From a virus (Duplodnaviria > Heunggongvirae > Uroviricota > Caudoviricetes): a stretch of DNA of 23,829 nt. The notes under the pieces are model-generated. The model made no database searches and was not told where the DNA came from. It saw nothing but the letters and a program-made list of their open reading frames with translations. The position numbers were made by a program, and so were the translations under genes. Below are positions 1 through 8,324 of this stretch, piece after piece. Position 1 is the first letter of the stretch. Every line of letters starts with the position of its first letter. The DNA lies in IMG/VR virus record IMGVR_UViG_2751185958_000017. The stretch is one strand, 5' to 3'.

Positions 1-285
1 TTCATTTTCCATCGTTTTCTTGCCGAGCAGGCGCTGGAGTTCTTTAATCTGCTTCATGGCGGCAGCAAGTTCAGAGGCAGGAACAACCTGTTCTCCGGCG
101 GCCACAGCAGTAAGACTTCCTTCCTGGTATTGCTTACGCCAGAGAAATAACTGGCTGGCTGCTACACCATGTTGCCGGGCAACGAGGGAGACCGTCATCC
201 CCGGTTCAAAGCTCTGCTGAACAATTGCGATCTTTTCCTGTGTGGTACGCCGTCTGCGTTTCTCCGGCCCTAAGACATCAATCAT
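1..285 (-). CDS. insC: IS2 transposase OrfA (InsC), N-terminal part; 3' end outside window
   Basis: Minus-strand ATG at 283-285; translation [95 protein letters not shown] matches my memory of IS2 InsC. Antisense to the 20..220 ORF in the track. Confidence 0.8.
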
Positions 286-376
286 CTGTACTCCAATGAC
301 TAGTCTAAAAACTAGTATTAAGACTATCACTTATTTAAGTGATACTGGTTGTCTGGAGATTCAGGGGGCCAGTCTA
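1..376 (-). mobile_element. IS2 insertion sequence (IS3 family), left-end portion; terminal inverted repeat ends at 376 and the rest of the element lies beyond the window start
   Basis: Reverse complement of 283-376 reads TAGACTGGCCCCCTGAATCTCCAGACAACC...ACTAGTCATTGGAGTACAGATG, which I recognise as the IS2 left terminus running into orfA. Recognition is from memory, not a search. Confidence 0.85.
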
Positions 377-587
377 GTGCCGATACAAATCATCCTATAT
401 TCTAAGGAGTTTTAAGTTACTCAGCCTGCCAATTACTGGGGCATTTAATTTGTATGATCTGTATCAAAGCTGGGATATAAGTTAAGTGAAGTATATTAGG
501 CACGAATTACCAGCGTCTGCTCTTGGCACAGAGCGGACTGTCAGATTAGACTTTACTCTGTGCTATAGGTATGTCAGCTCATACAAC

Positions 588-1115
588 TTATTGCGGCATT
601 TCCGGCCATTCAGGATTTGCAGGATCCACACGACTGACCAGAACGCTGTAGCGTTCCCATGCTTCCAGTCGGCTGCGCTCCTCATCTGTTGCCATATTCA
701 GCCTGACAGCGCGCTCCAGCGGCAAAATCACGGATTCAGCTTCGGAAAGTAAAGTTGCCTTTTGTGATTCTGCCAGTTGCTGCTGTTCGTCTGCCGTATA
801 AATCCGCTTAATCACGGCACCATCCTTAAACATCCATTTACCTGAGTCATCAGCACGTCGGTTGGCGGTAATATCAGGAACCTCGACAACGCTAAAACCT
901 TCAGGGTTAAGCGTTGAAGCATCTCTGGTGATGCCGACAATTATATTATTCTCGTCGTAAACAATCTTTATCGTGTCTTCCTGAAAATTACTTACTTCCT
1001 CATACCAGTTTTTTCCGTCTTCAGACCATAACCAGATAACATCAAAATTTTTTGTCAGTTGATATTGGGCAACAGTTTTGGGATTACCCGCAGTAATATT
1101 TTTTAAATGCTGCAT
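588..1115 (-). CDS. G: Tail fibre assembly protein (P2 G homolog, Tfa)
   Basis: 175-aa ORF immediately downstream of and nearly abutting the tail fibre gene; size and position match P2 G. Confidence 0.8.
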   Translation of the reverse strand: MQHLKNITAGNPKTVAQYQLTKNFDVIWLWSEDGKNWYEEVSNFQEDTIKIVYDENNIIVGITRDASTLNPEGFSVVEVPDITANRRADDSGKWMFKDGAVIKRIYTADEQQQLAESQKATLLSEAESVILPLERAVRLNMATDEERSRLEAWERYSVLVSRVDPANPEWPEMPQ

Positions 1116-1118
1116 AAA

Positions 1119-3209
1119 TTACACCTGTGCGACGTTATACCATGTGCCATTAATGTATTTTTGTATTGGTCTGAATACTGCCGGATCATCGCCATCAACT
1201 TCGCCGACAATGCCAAGCCCTGTAATTACATGGCCTGATTTCTCATACATCACGCCTTTTTGCATGGTCTGAACAACACGCGTACCCAGGCGAACATCTT
1301 TCACATAGCGGGAATCAAAATTTCCGTAATCTGATGGGTTAACACGTCCAGTAACACTCAGGCCATGCCCCATTGACACTCCGCCATTGGCGTTATTGAT
1401 AGTCAGCGGTCTTAAACCGTTCCATGTTCCAAATTTATCGCCAGAGGCCGTCAGCATTAAATATGTGCTGCCGCCATCATTCCTGATAAAGAATCCATAA
1501 TTGCCATAAGCAATGCGCAGACCATTAGCACTGAGCGATGTAATTTCACCTCTTGAACGAAGACCATAAGCAGAGCTGAGTGATAATTCTTCCTGAGCAT
1601 CAGTATTACCTGTCGCCCAGCGAATTACCCCGCCCTGTACTGTTTCATGCCAGATAGTGTCTCCTTCTCCACCACGAAACTTTCTGAGATATTTTTTGCC
1701 GCCTCTGGTGCCGGAACATAAGGCCGTAGACATATAGGCATTCTGGCTTCCACTATCCTGATTAATAGTTCCAGACATAGAATCGCCGTAACGGTTCCAG
1801 TCACGCCGCCAGCCAGGAGCATAGTTGTCCCCGTGGTTAATATAAGTAAATTGCGCGCTTGTAGCGCCCCCACCGCTTGATGTTGTTGGTGTGGTAATAC
1901 GAATAGTCATTGCAGACTTTATGCCCATTACCTCAATAACAGCGCCAGCAAGATGAATATTGCCACAGCCAGTATCCGTAATGATTTTGTTATTTGCATA
2001 TGACCAGGAGCCTTTGCACATCCAGTACGGATGATTAAATGCACCACGGGAATCCAGCCATTCAATAAACTGAGCGGTTGTCCAGTTTCCGGCTTCAGTG
2101 CTCAAAGCGCCGCTATAAGCACGACAGGCACCGATATTTTTCGTGAAGGTATCCTTTCCCGGAATATCCGCACCGTTCTGATCTTTCTGAAGACGTTTTT
2201 CAGCATTGTCATAGGCAGACTTCACCGCCTTTGGCGTTGCAGCCTGCGTTTCAGAATCACTGTTGGTGGCGCTACTGAGCTGGACAAGACCTTTTCGCGC
2301 CGTGGTGGCATCCTGTGCAGTGTATTTCCCGTTAGCAAGGTCATATGCTGTCTTAACCGCCTTTGGCGTTGCCGCAAGCGTTTCAGAATCGCTGTTGGTG
2401 GCGCTACTGAGCTGAACAAGGCCTTTTCGCGCTGTTGTGGCATCCTGTGCAGTGTATTTCCCGTTAGCAAGGTCATATGCTGCCTTTACCGCTTTCGGCG
2501 TTGCGGCGAGCGTTTCAGACGTGCTGTTAGTCGCACTACTGAGCTGAACAAGGCCTTTTCGCGCGGTGGTAGCGTCCTGTGCGGTATATTTCCCGTTAGC
2601 AAGGTCATATGCGGCCTTAACCGCTTTCGGAGTTGCAGCCAGTGTTTCAGACGTGCTGTTGGTCGCACTGCTTAACTGAGTAAAACCTTTTGCGGTCAGC
2701 GAGGCGTCAGGGTGACGTCGTGACTGTTCATGTTCTGCAATTTTGTCATCAACGTAATCCTGCGTTGCCATCACCGTTGTGGTGTCAATGGTCAGCTCCA
2801 CTGAGGCCACACTGCTGACGATGATGACCATGCGGCAGGTCTGCGAACGCCCTGAGCCTTCGGCAAGGGCTGGCTTATAACTTTCGGCCATGTTCGCCAC
2901 GGCAATTAGCGTTCCCGCATCATCGTACAGGCCAAGTTCACGCATCCAGAAACCGCCCACCTCCGGCGGAATAACCAGCTCTGCGATAATATAATTACTG
3001 TTTCGTTTGTCCTGGCTGATTTTGTTCAGCGCATGTCGCCAGACTTCATGGATAAGCCCGGTCTGTCCGGCATCCGGGACAGGCAATTTACCACCGCCAT
3101 CCCCGACGGCCATCGTGGTAATGTTGACCTTCCGCCCTCCCGGTGCGGTTGCCGCTGCCAGCTTTGCTGCACCGGCAGTGGTGATAACGGTTTTGAATTT
3201 TGTGCTCAT
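1119..3209 (-). CDS. H: Tail fibre protein (P2 H homolog) with internal 44-aa tandem repeats and a lower-GC C-terminal receptor-binding region
   Basis: 696-aa ORF; N-terminus MSTKFKTVITTAGAAKLAAATAPGGRKVNITTMAVGDGGGKLP is typical of P2-type H; followed by about 3.6 copies of a 44-aa repeat; located between I and G. Confidence 0.88.
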   Translation of the reverse strand: MSTKFKTVITTAGAAKLAAATAPGGRKVNITTMAVGDGGGKLPVPDAGQTGLIHEVWRHALNKISQDKRNSNYIIAELVIPPEVGGFWMRELGLYDDAGTLIAVANMAESYKPALAEGSGRSQTCRMVIIVSSVASVELTIDTTTVMATQDYVDDKIAEHEQSRRHPDASLTAKGFTQLSSATNSTSETLAATPKAVKAAYDLANGKYTAQDATTARKGLVQLSSATNSTSETLAATPKAVKAAYDLANGKYTAQDATTARKGLVQLSSATNSDSETLAATPKAVKTAYDLANGKYTAQDATTARKGLVQLSSATNSDSETQAATPKAVKSAYDNAEKRLQKDQNGADIPGKDTFTKNIGACRAYSGALSTEAGNWTTAQFIEWLDSRGAFNHPYWMCKGSWSYANNKIITDTGCGNIHLAGAVIEVMGIKSAMTIRITTPTTSSGGGATSAQFTYINHGDNYAPGWRRDWNRYGDSMSGTINQDSGSQNAYMSTALCSGTRGGKKYLRKFRGGEGDTIWHETVQGGVIRWATGNTDAQEELSLSSAYGLRSRGEITSLSANGLRIAYGNYGFFIRNDGGSTYLMLTASGDKFGTWNGLRPLTINNANGGVSMGHGLSVTGRVNPSDYGNFDSRYVKDVRLGTRVVQTMQKGVMYEKSGHVITGLGIVGEVDGDDPAVFRPIQKYINGTWYNVAQV
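2205..2681. repeat. About 3.6 tandem copies of a 132-bp unit inside the tail fibre gene, encoding 44-aa repeats (phage tail fibre repeat type)
   Basis: Directly visible near-identical 132-bp units (e.g. ...gtatttcccgttagcaaggtcatatgc...gctgttggtggcgctactgagctg...); protein repeat QLSSATNS(T/D)SETLAATPKAVKAAYDLANGKYTAQDATTARKGLV occurs 3 full times plus a partial fourth copy. Boundaries approximate. Confidence 0.85.
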
Positions 3210-3219
3210 TATTCCTCAC

Positions 3220-3750
3220 TTATCCGGGGTAAACCGTAATTACATCGCCGTCGTAAGCCACACCACCGGCGAACAGGTAGCCGGGAATATCCCGGGTAAT
3301 GTTCAGGCCAATAAGATGACGGCTTGCAGGTTTGGCATCAGCAATAAGCCGTTCCATTTCCTGATACATTGCCTCTGTGATGCCGCTTTCCAGTACGCCA
3401 ATATCAAGCCGGAAGGTGCCTGGCGGGTCACTGGTTTCCCACCACTCCGTCACGTTGATGAGATAGCCCAGCGGCTCCACCACACGCCGGATTGCACCTA
3501 TAGTGCCTTTATGACAGTGGATGAAATAGGCATCGCGAATAACGGCGCGTTTGGTCGCTTCCGGCCACTTTTCATCCCGCCTGTCGACCGAAAACGCCCA
3601 CGCCAGCCACGGCAGCAGATTTGCCGGACAGGTATCCGGGTTCCACAGATCACGAATACTGACCGGCGTTTTTTCAATTTCCGCACAGGCTTTTGCGGCG
3701 GCGACTTCAAGCGGTGATGAGCCGGTCGGCAGCAGGCGCGAATCACTCAT
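3220..3750 (-). CDS. I: Baseplate assembly protein I (P2 I homolog)
   Basis: 176-aa ORF, same length as P2 I; sits between J and H; overlaps the J stop by 8 nt. Confidence 0.85.
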   Translation of the reverse strand: MSDSRLLPTGSSPLEVAAAKACAEIEKTPVSIRDLWNPDTCPANLLPWLAWAFSVDRRDEKWPEATKRAVIRDAYFIHCHKGTIGAIRRVVEPLGYLINVTEWWETSDPPGTFRLDIGVLESGITEAMYQEMERLIADAKPASRHLIGLNITRDIPGYLFAGGVAYDGDVITVYPG

Positions 3751-4651
3751 CCGAGCCTCCGGTCACGACGCGGTATTCGGTACAGAAAGACGCCTGCGTA
3801 CTGTTGAGCACAATGTCGGCCAGTGGTGCAGCCAGTTCGACACGCTGCACGCCTTCCACATGCAAAGCGGCATAAATGGCAGACAGACGGATGTCGCGCC
3901 CCAGCCGGTGCTGTGCCGTGATGTACGCTTCCAGTTTTTTCACGGCGGCAGCGCGGATGGGTTCGCTTTCGGGACCAGGGTAAAGGTAAAGCGTGGCGTT
4001 TATCTGGTATTCAACGATGGCGGCAGACTGCACGGTCACGCGGTCGGCTACCGGCCTGACGTCCTCGCCATTAAGGGCGTTACGCACCACCGCCAGCAGG
4101 TCTTCGGATGCGACACCGTTATTTTCACGTGACAGCACAGAGATGGTGACGCAGGCCGGAGAAGGACTGGTGACAGAGATATCTGCGACACGCCCGTCGG
4201 CACTTCGACCATGATACTGATAGGCCCCCACCGACCCGGCGACGCTTAAACCTTCAAACGCCTGCTGAATACGCAGACGATAATCGGTGTCAGATTCCAT
4301 CTCGGCCGGTGTCGGCGGGAGGGTCGAATCATCTGCCGGGGTGATAATCAGGCGCGCGGTGTTGTAATTGGCACCAATCACATCAAGGTCATTACCGGCA
4401 GCACAGGCCAGCATCACCGCCCGTGCGGCCTCATTCACACGCTGACGCCAGATAAGCTCACGATAAGCATTTTCCTCCAGCAGTTTGACGAGAGGCTCAG
4501 ATTCAAGCGTCAGGGTACGGGCGACCGCCTCCTGCTGGTCTTCCGGGTAAAGGGAAATCAGTGTCGCCTTGCGTTCGGCAAGAATGGTTTCAAAGTCCAG
4601 CTCCTCGACCACATCCGGTGCGGGTAGCTGGTTCAGGTCGATAATCGGCAT
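3743..4651 (-). CDS. J: Baseplate assembly protein J (P2 J homolog; T4 gp6-like wedge protein)
   Basis: 302-aa ORF, same length as P2 J; position W-J-I. Confidence 0.88.
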   Translation of the reverse strand: MPIIDLNQLPAPDVVEELDFETILAERKATLISLYPEDQQEAVARTLTLESEPLVKLLEENAYRELIWRQRVNEAARAVMLACAAGNDLDVIGANYNTARLIITPADDSTLPPTPAEMESDTDYRLRIQQAFEGLSVAGSVGAYQYHGRSADGRVADISVTSPSPACVTISVLSRENNGVASEDLLAVVRNALNGEDVRPVADRVTVQSAAIVEYQINATLYLYPGPESEPIRAAAVKKLEAYITAQHRLGRDIRLSAIYAALHVEGVQRVELAAPLADIVLNSTQASFCTEYRVVTGGSDE

Positions 4652-4655
4652 GGTT

Positions 4656-5003
4656 TCAACTCACAGGGATGGTTAACGAAAGTGGCTGGCCGGTGTCGTT
4701 GTGCTGACCGGTTAACGTGACCGTCATTCGCCCGTCAAAACTGCGCGCCGTGGTGACGGATGACAGGGTGACGCGGGGTTCCCATTTCAGCACTGCCATG
4801 TAACAGGCGACCTTAATCTGCAACTCAAGCGCCGGGGTCTGCGGCTGGTCAATCATTGATGCCAGCAACGAGCCGTAATCACGACGCATCACCCGTGAGC
4901 CGACCGGTGTGCGCAGGATATCGCCGATACTCTGGCTGATATGCTCAAGGTCAGTGACCGTCAGGCCATCACTGCGATTCATTCCGAGATAACGCGCTGT
5001 CAT
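4656..5003 (-). CDS. W: Baseplate assembly protein W (P2 W homolog; gp25-like)
   Basis: 115-aa ORF, same length as P2 W; start overlaps the V stop. Confidence 0.85.
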   Translation of the reverse strand: MTARYLGMNRSDGLTVTDLEHISQSIGDILRTPVGSRVMRRDYGSLLASMIDQPQTPALELQIKVACYMAVLKWEPRVTLSSVTTARSFDGRMTVTLTGQHNDTGQPLSLTIPVS

Positions 5004-5629
5004 AGAGGACTCCCGGTTGTGCCGCCGCTGTCGCCGGGGTGTTTATGGGTATGCAGTACCTTCCCGTTTGATGAAAGTTCACCGCCGGTGTGTTCAATGT
5101 TGCCGCGCATCGTCCCGCCCTTCTGCACTTCCAGCGTGCCGGTAATCAGCTTGTTGGTGCAGACCACCTCCGGTGTGTCCAGGGTGACGCGGGTTGATGC
5201 TTTCACCATGACCACCGGCACCGTGGCAGTAACAGAATCAGAAGCCGTCACGCTGGCCGTTTTAATTCCGCTTACCGTGAGTGCACTGGTTTCAGGTTCA
5301 TACTCAATCACCGCCCCGTCAGGGAAACGGATATGCAGGGCATCCGCCGACGCCGACGGCGCGGGGTTATCGCCGGAATAAATCCCCGGCAGAACGAACG
5401 CCGTGTCGAGTTCACCGCCCACGGCCAGAATCAGCACCTGTTCCCCCACGGAAGGTGCCCACCATGTGCGCGAACGACCGGCGCGATGGGTCAGCCACTG
5501 AAGCCAGTCGGTGCACATGCCGCCGGTCTGCACACGGCAGCGACCGGCATTAAGGTCGGTTTCGACGATAATGCCAGTGCGAATCATATTGCGTATAAAG
5601 CGAAGAATTTCATTGTATTGTGCATTCAT
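5000..5629 (-). CDS. V: Baseplate spike/assembly protein V (P2 V homolog)
   Basis: The track ORF 5000..5707 has an internal Met giving MNAQYNEILRFIRNMIRTGIIVETDLNAGRCRVQTGGM..., which matches the P2 V N-terminus as I remember it; start set at the ATG at 5627-5629 rather than the upstream in-frame Met. Confidence 0.82.
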   Translation of the reverse strand: MNAQYNEILRFIRNMIRTGIIVETDLNAGRCRVQTGGMCTDWLQWLTHRAGRSRTWWAPSVGEQVLILAVGGELDTAFVLPGIYSGDNPAPSASADALHIRFPDGAVIEYEPETSALTVSGIKTASVTASDSVTATVPVVMVKASTRVTLDTPEVVCTNKLITGTLEVQKGGTMRGNIEHTGGELSSNGKVLHTHKHPGDSGGTTGSPL

Positions 5630-5647
5630 TCGATAATAATGATTCTG

Positions 5648-5653
5648 TACAAT
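5648..5653 (+). promoter_or_regulatory. Candidate -10 hexamer (TACAAT) for the cargo gene in the V/cargo divergent intergenic region
   Basis: TACAAT about 60 nt upstream of the proposed cargo start; no good -35 found; sequence-only guess. Confidence 0.2.
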
Positions 5654-5715
5654 CTCGAAGTAAATCACACCACGATTTCTGGTGCACAGAACAACAAGGG
5701 ACAACAAAATCCATT

Positions 5716-6852
5716 ATGAGTACTTACTTTTTCTCGTCAGAAACAATGAAAGAATTGTTCAAAGATTATCTGGTCTTTTTGAACACGCTGACTCCCGGCA
5801 CAAACTTTGAATCAAGCAGAAACAAAATAATTGCTCAAGCAATAAACTTCATTTCCGAAAACCCTGAAGATTGGGACAAAAAATCCCAGTACAACATTGC
5901 TATGATTGGCGACACCTTTAAAAGTTTCTTAAGAGAAAAGGGAGAAGATAACAACAGCATCAACCTTATATTCACTTGCTTTTTTAGATTTATCATTGAA
6001 CCAAGCATTCTCTCTCCGGAAATAGAGTCTCACTTTTCACCACTAAGAACCATCAAGGATTTTGCTCTGTATAACTATAATGAATTCGATGAGCGGAGCA
6101 GAGCACAGATAGACTTTTCTCTTAGAGAACTGCCATTAGCAATGGTTAAAGAAGTTTTAAGCTCCAGCAATGTTGACACATATAAAAAATACATTGATAG
6201 TTTAAACGAAGGGCGTCAATTTTTCGAAAAGTGCGACTCCTTCTTAAAGGAGCAACATGCCAAAATAGAGTCAATCAAAGAGTCATTAAAAGGGTATGAG
6301 GTCGCATTTAATTTTGTTGGATTGTTTGAAGGCTTTAATTCACTTGGCAAAAAGAAAGAAAGTGAAATCATGCTATCAAGAATAATTCTTATCATCTTGG
6401 CTATAATCATTCCCTCCCCGCTGATATACTATGGAATGCATAAATTACCAGCTCTCGAAACGACAAATGCTGCCACATATTTTATGTCAGCACTACCTTT
6501 TGCATCAGTTACATTGATTTTCATGTATTACTTTAGAGTTGTACTGCTAAATCATATATCGTTACGAACTCAGATTATGCAAATAGAACTCAGAAAGAGC
6601 CTTTGTCAGTTCATTCAGAGTTATAGCGACTATTCCTCAGAGATAAGGAAAAACAATCCGGAAGCGCTTTCAAAATTCGAAGACGTAGTATTTTCAAACA
6701 TCATGCTATCCGATGATAAGATACCATCTACATTTGATGGCATTGAGCAAATAGCATCGTTAATCAATTCATTAAAAATGGAAAGTAATGATAAAAGGCC
6801 AATAACTGGCCTTTTATTTATTAACATGAAAATTCAAAATAAATTATGCTAA
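5716..6852 (+). CDS. AT-rich cargo gene at the P2 orf30 position: 378-aa predicted membrane protein with two central transmembrane helices; function unknown, candidate superinfection-exclusion or abortive-infection protein
   Basis: Long ORF on the strand opposite the flanking late genes; much lower GC than its neighbours; start chosen at the ATG at 5716 (MSTYFFSSETMKELF...) with a weak aaggga Shine-Dalgarno 14 nt upstream, because the track start at 5620 overlaps the V start; hydrophobic stretches IMLSRIILIILAIIIPSPLIYYGM and YFMSALPFASVTLIFMYYFRVVLL. Confidence 0.7.
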   Translation: MSTYFFSSETMKELFKDYLVFLNTLTPGTNFESSRNKIIAQAINFISENPEDWDKKSQYNIAMIGDTFKSFLREKGEDNNSINLIFTCFFRFIIEPSILSPEIESHFSPLRTIKDFALYNYNEFDERSRAQIDFSLRELPLAMVKEVLSSSNVDTYKKYIDSLNEGRQFFEKCDSFLKEQHAKIESIKESLKGYEVAFNFVGLFEGFNSLGKKKESEIMLSRIILIILAIIIPSPLIYYGMHKLPALETTNAATYFMSALPFASVTLIFMYYFRVVLLNHISLRTQIMQIELRKSLCQFIQSYSDYSSEIRKNNPEALSKFEDVVFSNIMLSDDKIPSTFDGIEQIASLINSLKMESNDKRPITGLLFINMKIQNKLC

Positions 6853-6890
6853 TCAATTGATTTCTATCTTATATTCTCAGATGATTAAAG

Positions 6891-7343
6891 CTAACGATTC
6901 AGGTGAGCCAGGATAATCTCTTCAATCATCTGCACATCCTCACCGGTAAAGCCGAGCAGAGGACGCGCCGGATATTCAATTTTCTTACCGTCTTTCCGGG
7001 TTTCTTCCGACAGACCGAACTGATGCACACTGGCTATTTTCGGTGACTTCCCGCCGTAAAACTCCATTGATGCCTGTTCAGGGCTGGCGCGGATATGCAA
7101 AAAACGACTGGTGATAAGTTTCGCAAACATTTTTCGCTTAACGCGACCGGTCTTTTTTCTGGCGCTCTGCTGCTGGCGTGGTGCGTAGGGTGTGCCGTCC
7201 GGGGCTTTCTGTGCCATCACCCGACGCTGCTGACTCTGACGCAGACGTTTCGCCAGTTCGGCGCTCAGTCGCCGACGCCCTGACGGTGACAGCGACTCAA
7301 TCAGTCCGGTCAGCCTGTCTTCAAAACGCTTAAACTCATTCAT
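6891..7343 (-). CDS. S: Tail completion protein S (P2 S homolog)
   Basis: 150-aa ORF, same length as P2 S; position R-S. Confidence 0.85.
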   Translation of the reverse strand: MNEFKRFEDRLTGLIESLSPSGRRRLSAELAKRLRQSQQRRVMAQKAPDGTPYAPRQQQSARKKTGRVKRKMFAKLITSRFLHIRASPEQASMEFYGGKSPKIASVHQFGLSEETRKDGKKIEYPARPLLGFTGEDVQMIEEIILAHLNR

Positions 7344-7791
7344 CCCACTTACTCACCAGTTCGCCATTGATATAAAGCTCCATCGGGCGGGTGACCGGCT
7401 CCGGCGGCGGAGGTTCCGGGATATTCTTCACATGCAGCGCGCCGTCCACCTCACTGACCAGCGTGCGCTCGGTCAGCATCAGGCTGATGCTGATATCAAA
7501 GCTGCTGTCATTGTTGATGTCTGCATAAAACGTGAAGCCCTTTTTCGTGGTCATGATGTCGGGCTGATTTTCCCGCAGCCACGCCAGCACCGGCACGATG
7601 AGCAGGTCAAAATCACCGGTAAAGTCGGTCACAATGACATTGAGCGTGTAACGCTTTTCGAACGACAGCGACGTCGCCAGTGTGGAGGCAATACTCCCGT
7701 TATCCACGAATATCCGCAGCATATCGGGGTTAGTTTTCAGCACCGTGACGGCATCAGTCAGCGCCCTGCGCAGGCTGTCGGGTTTGAGCAT
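7336..7791 (-). CDS. R: Tail completion protein R (P2 R homolog)
   Basis: 151-aa ORF between the lysis genes and S, overlapping the S start. Confidence 0.85.
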   Translation of the reverse strand: MLKPDSLRRALTDAVTVLKTNPDMLRIFVDNGSIASTLATSLSFEKRYTLNVIVTDFTGDFDLLIVPVLAWLRENQPDIMTTKKGFTFYADINNDSSFDISISLMLTERTLVSEVDGALHVKNIPEPPPPEPVTRPMELYINGELVSKWDE

Positions 7792-8044
7792 CGTTTTCGT
7801 CCTGACAGTGTTTAATCATTTTTACCTGGCTGGCACAGCGTGCCAGCGCGTTCTCAAGCTGCCGGATATCGGCACTTAAATCGCCGTTCTTCTGCGGGTC
7901 ACTGCCCGGCATCGGGCAAAGGCTCACTTTCGGGCAGGCGTTGGCGACAATCACTGGCGTCAGTGCAGGCCGGACGCTGGTGCAACCGGCGCACAGCATC
8001 AGGCAGGTCAGCGCCATACCAGCGGCGGAAATCCTCGTTTTCAT
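7754..8044 (-). CDS. lysC: LysC, outer-membrane lipoprotein spanin (Rz1-like), embedded out of frame in lysB and R
   Basis: Internal start of ORF 7754..8161 at the ATG at 8042-8044 with a gagg Shine-Dalgarno; MKTRISAAGMALTCLMLCAGC has a signal peptide and lipobox (LCAGC); proline-rich mature region; overlaps lysB in another frame. Confidence 0.7.
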   Translation of the reverse strand: MKTRISAAGMALTCLMLCAGCTSVRPALTPVIVANACPKVSLCPMPGSDPQKNGDLSADIRQLENALARCASQVKMIKHCQDENDAQTRQPAQGAD

Positions 8045-8324
8045 TAAGTAACCTCGTGATGGTTTTCTCGCGCAGTGCTTCACGCTTCGCGGCGTTCTCC
8101 AGTTCCTGACGCAGTGCCACCTGCGCCAGCTCGTTTTTGTCTGCCCTGGTGAGTGCAACATGAAGCTGATTTTTCAGCATGGTGATGGTCGTCTGCTGCC
8201 CGCTGGCGACGCTGTTCGCCCTGTCCAGTGAGGTGCGCAGGCTGGCATTTTCATGCTTCACCAGAAACAGCCCCGGCACCGCCAGTGATAACAACACAAC
8301 CAGCACAATCATCAGCTTTGACAT
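7899..8324 (-). CDS. lysB: LysB, inner-membrane spanin (Rz-like)
   Basis: 141-aa ORF, same length as P2 LysB; N-terminal TM helix MSKLMIVLVVLLSLAVPGLFLV followed by a charged helical region. Confidence 0.82.
   Translation of the reverse strand: MSKLMIVLVVLLSLAVPGLFLVKHENASLRTSLDRANSVASGQQTTITMLKNQLHVALTRADKNELAQVALRQELENAAKREALREKTITRLLNENEDFRRWYGADLPDAVRRLHQRPACTDASDCRQRLPESEPLPDAGQ

Noticed and set aside
20-220. 66-aa plus-strand ORF at the window start
   Set aside because: Antisense to the recognisable IS2 orfA reading frame.
486-752. 88-aa plus-strand ORF spanning the IS2-G spacer and the 3' end of G
   Set aside because: Overlaps G on the opposite strand and has a cysteine/arginine-rich improbable composition; the spacer is more likely non-coding.
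2031-2675. ORFs 2031..2675 (+), 2222..2476 (-) and 2486..2668 (-) with internally repeated peptides
   Set aside because: They lie entirely within the 132-bp tandem repeats of the tail fibre gene in alternative frames or on the opposite strand; the repetition is a by-product of the H repeats.
2205-2681. Possible CRISPR array, because of regular direct repeats
   Set aside because: Repeat unit is 132 bp with no unique spacers, lies inside a continuous tail fibre reading frame, and there are no cas genes; it is a protein-coding tandem repeat.
3007-4214. Plus-strand ORFs (3007..3717, 3551..4132, 3993..4214) across the I/J region
   Set aside because: Antisense to the baseplate genes I and J, which are supported by length and synteny.
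5620-5715. Upstream in-frame extension of the cargo ORF (track start at 5620)
   Set aside because: Would overlap the V start codon and promoter region and has no ribosome-binding site; the ATG at 5716 is the more plausible start.
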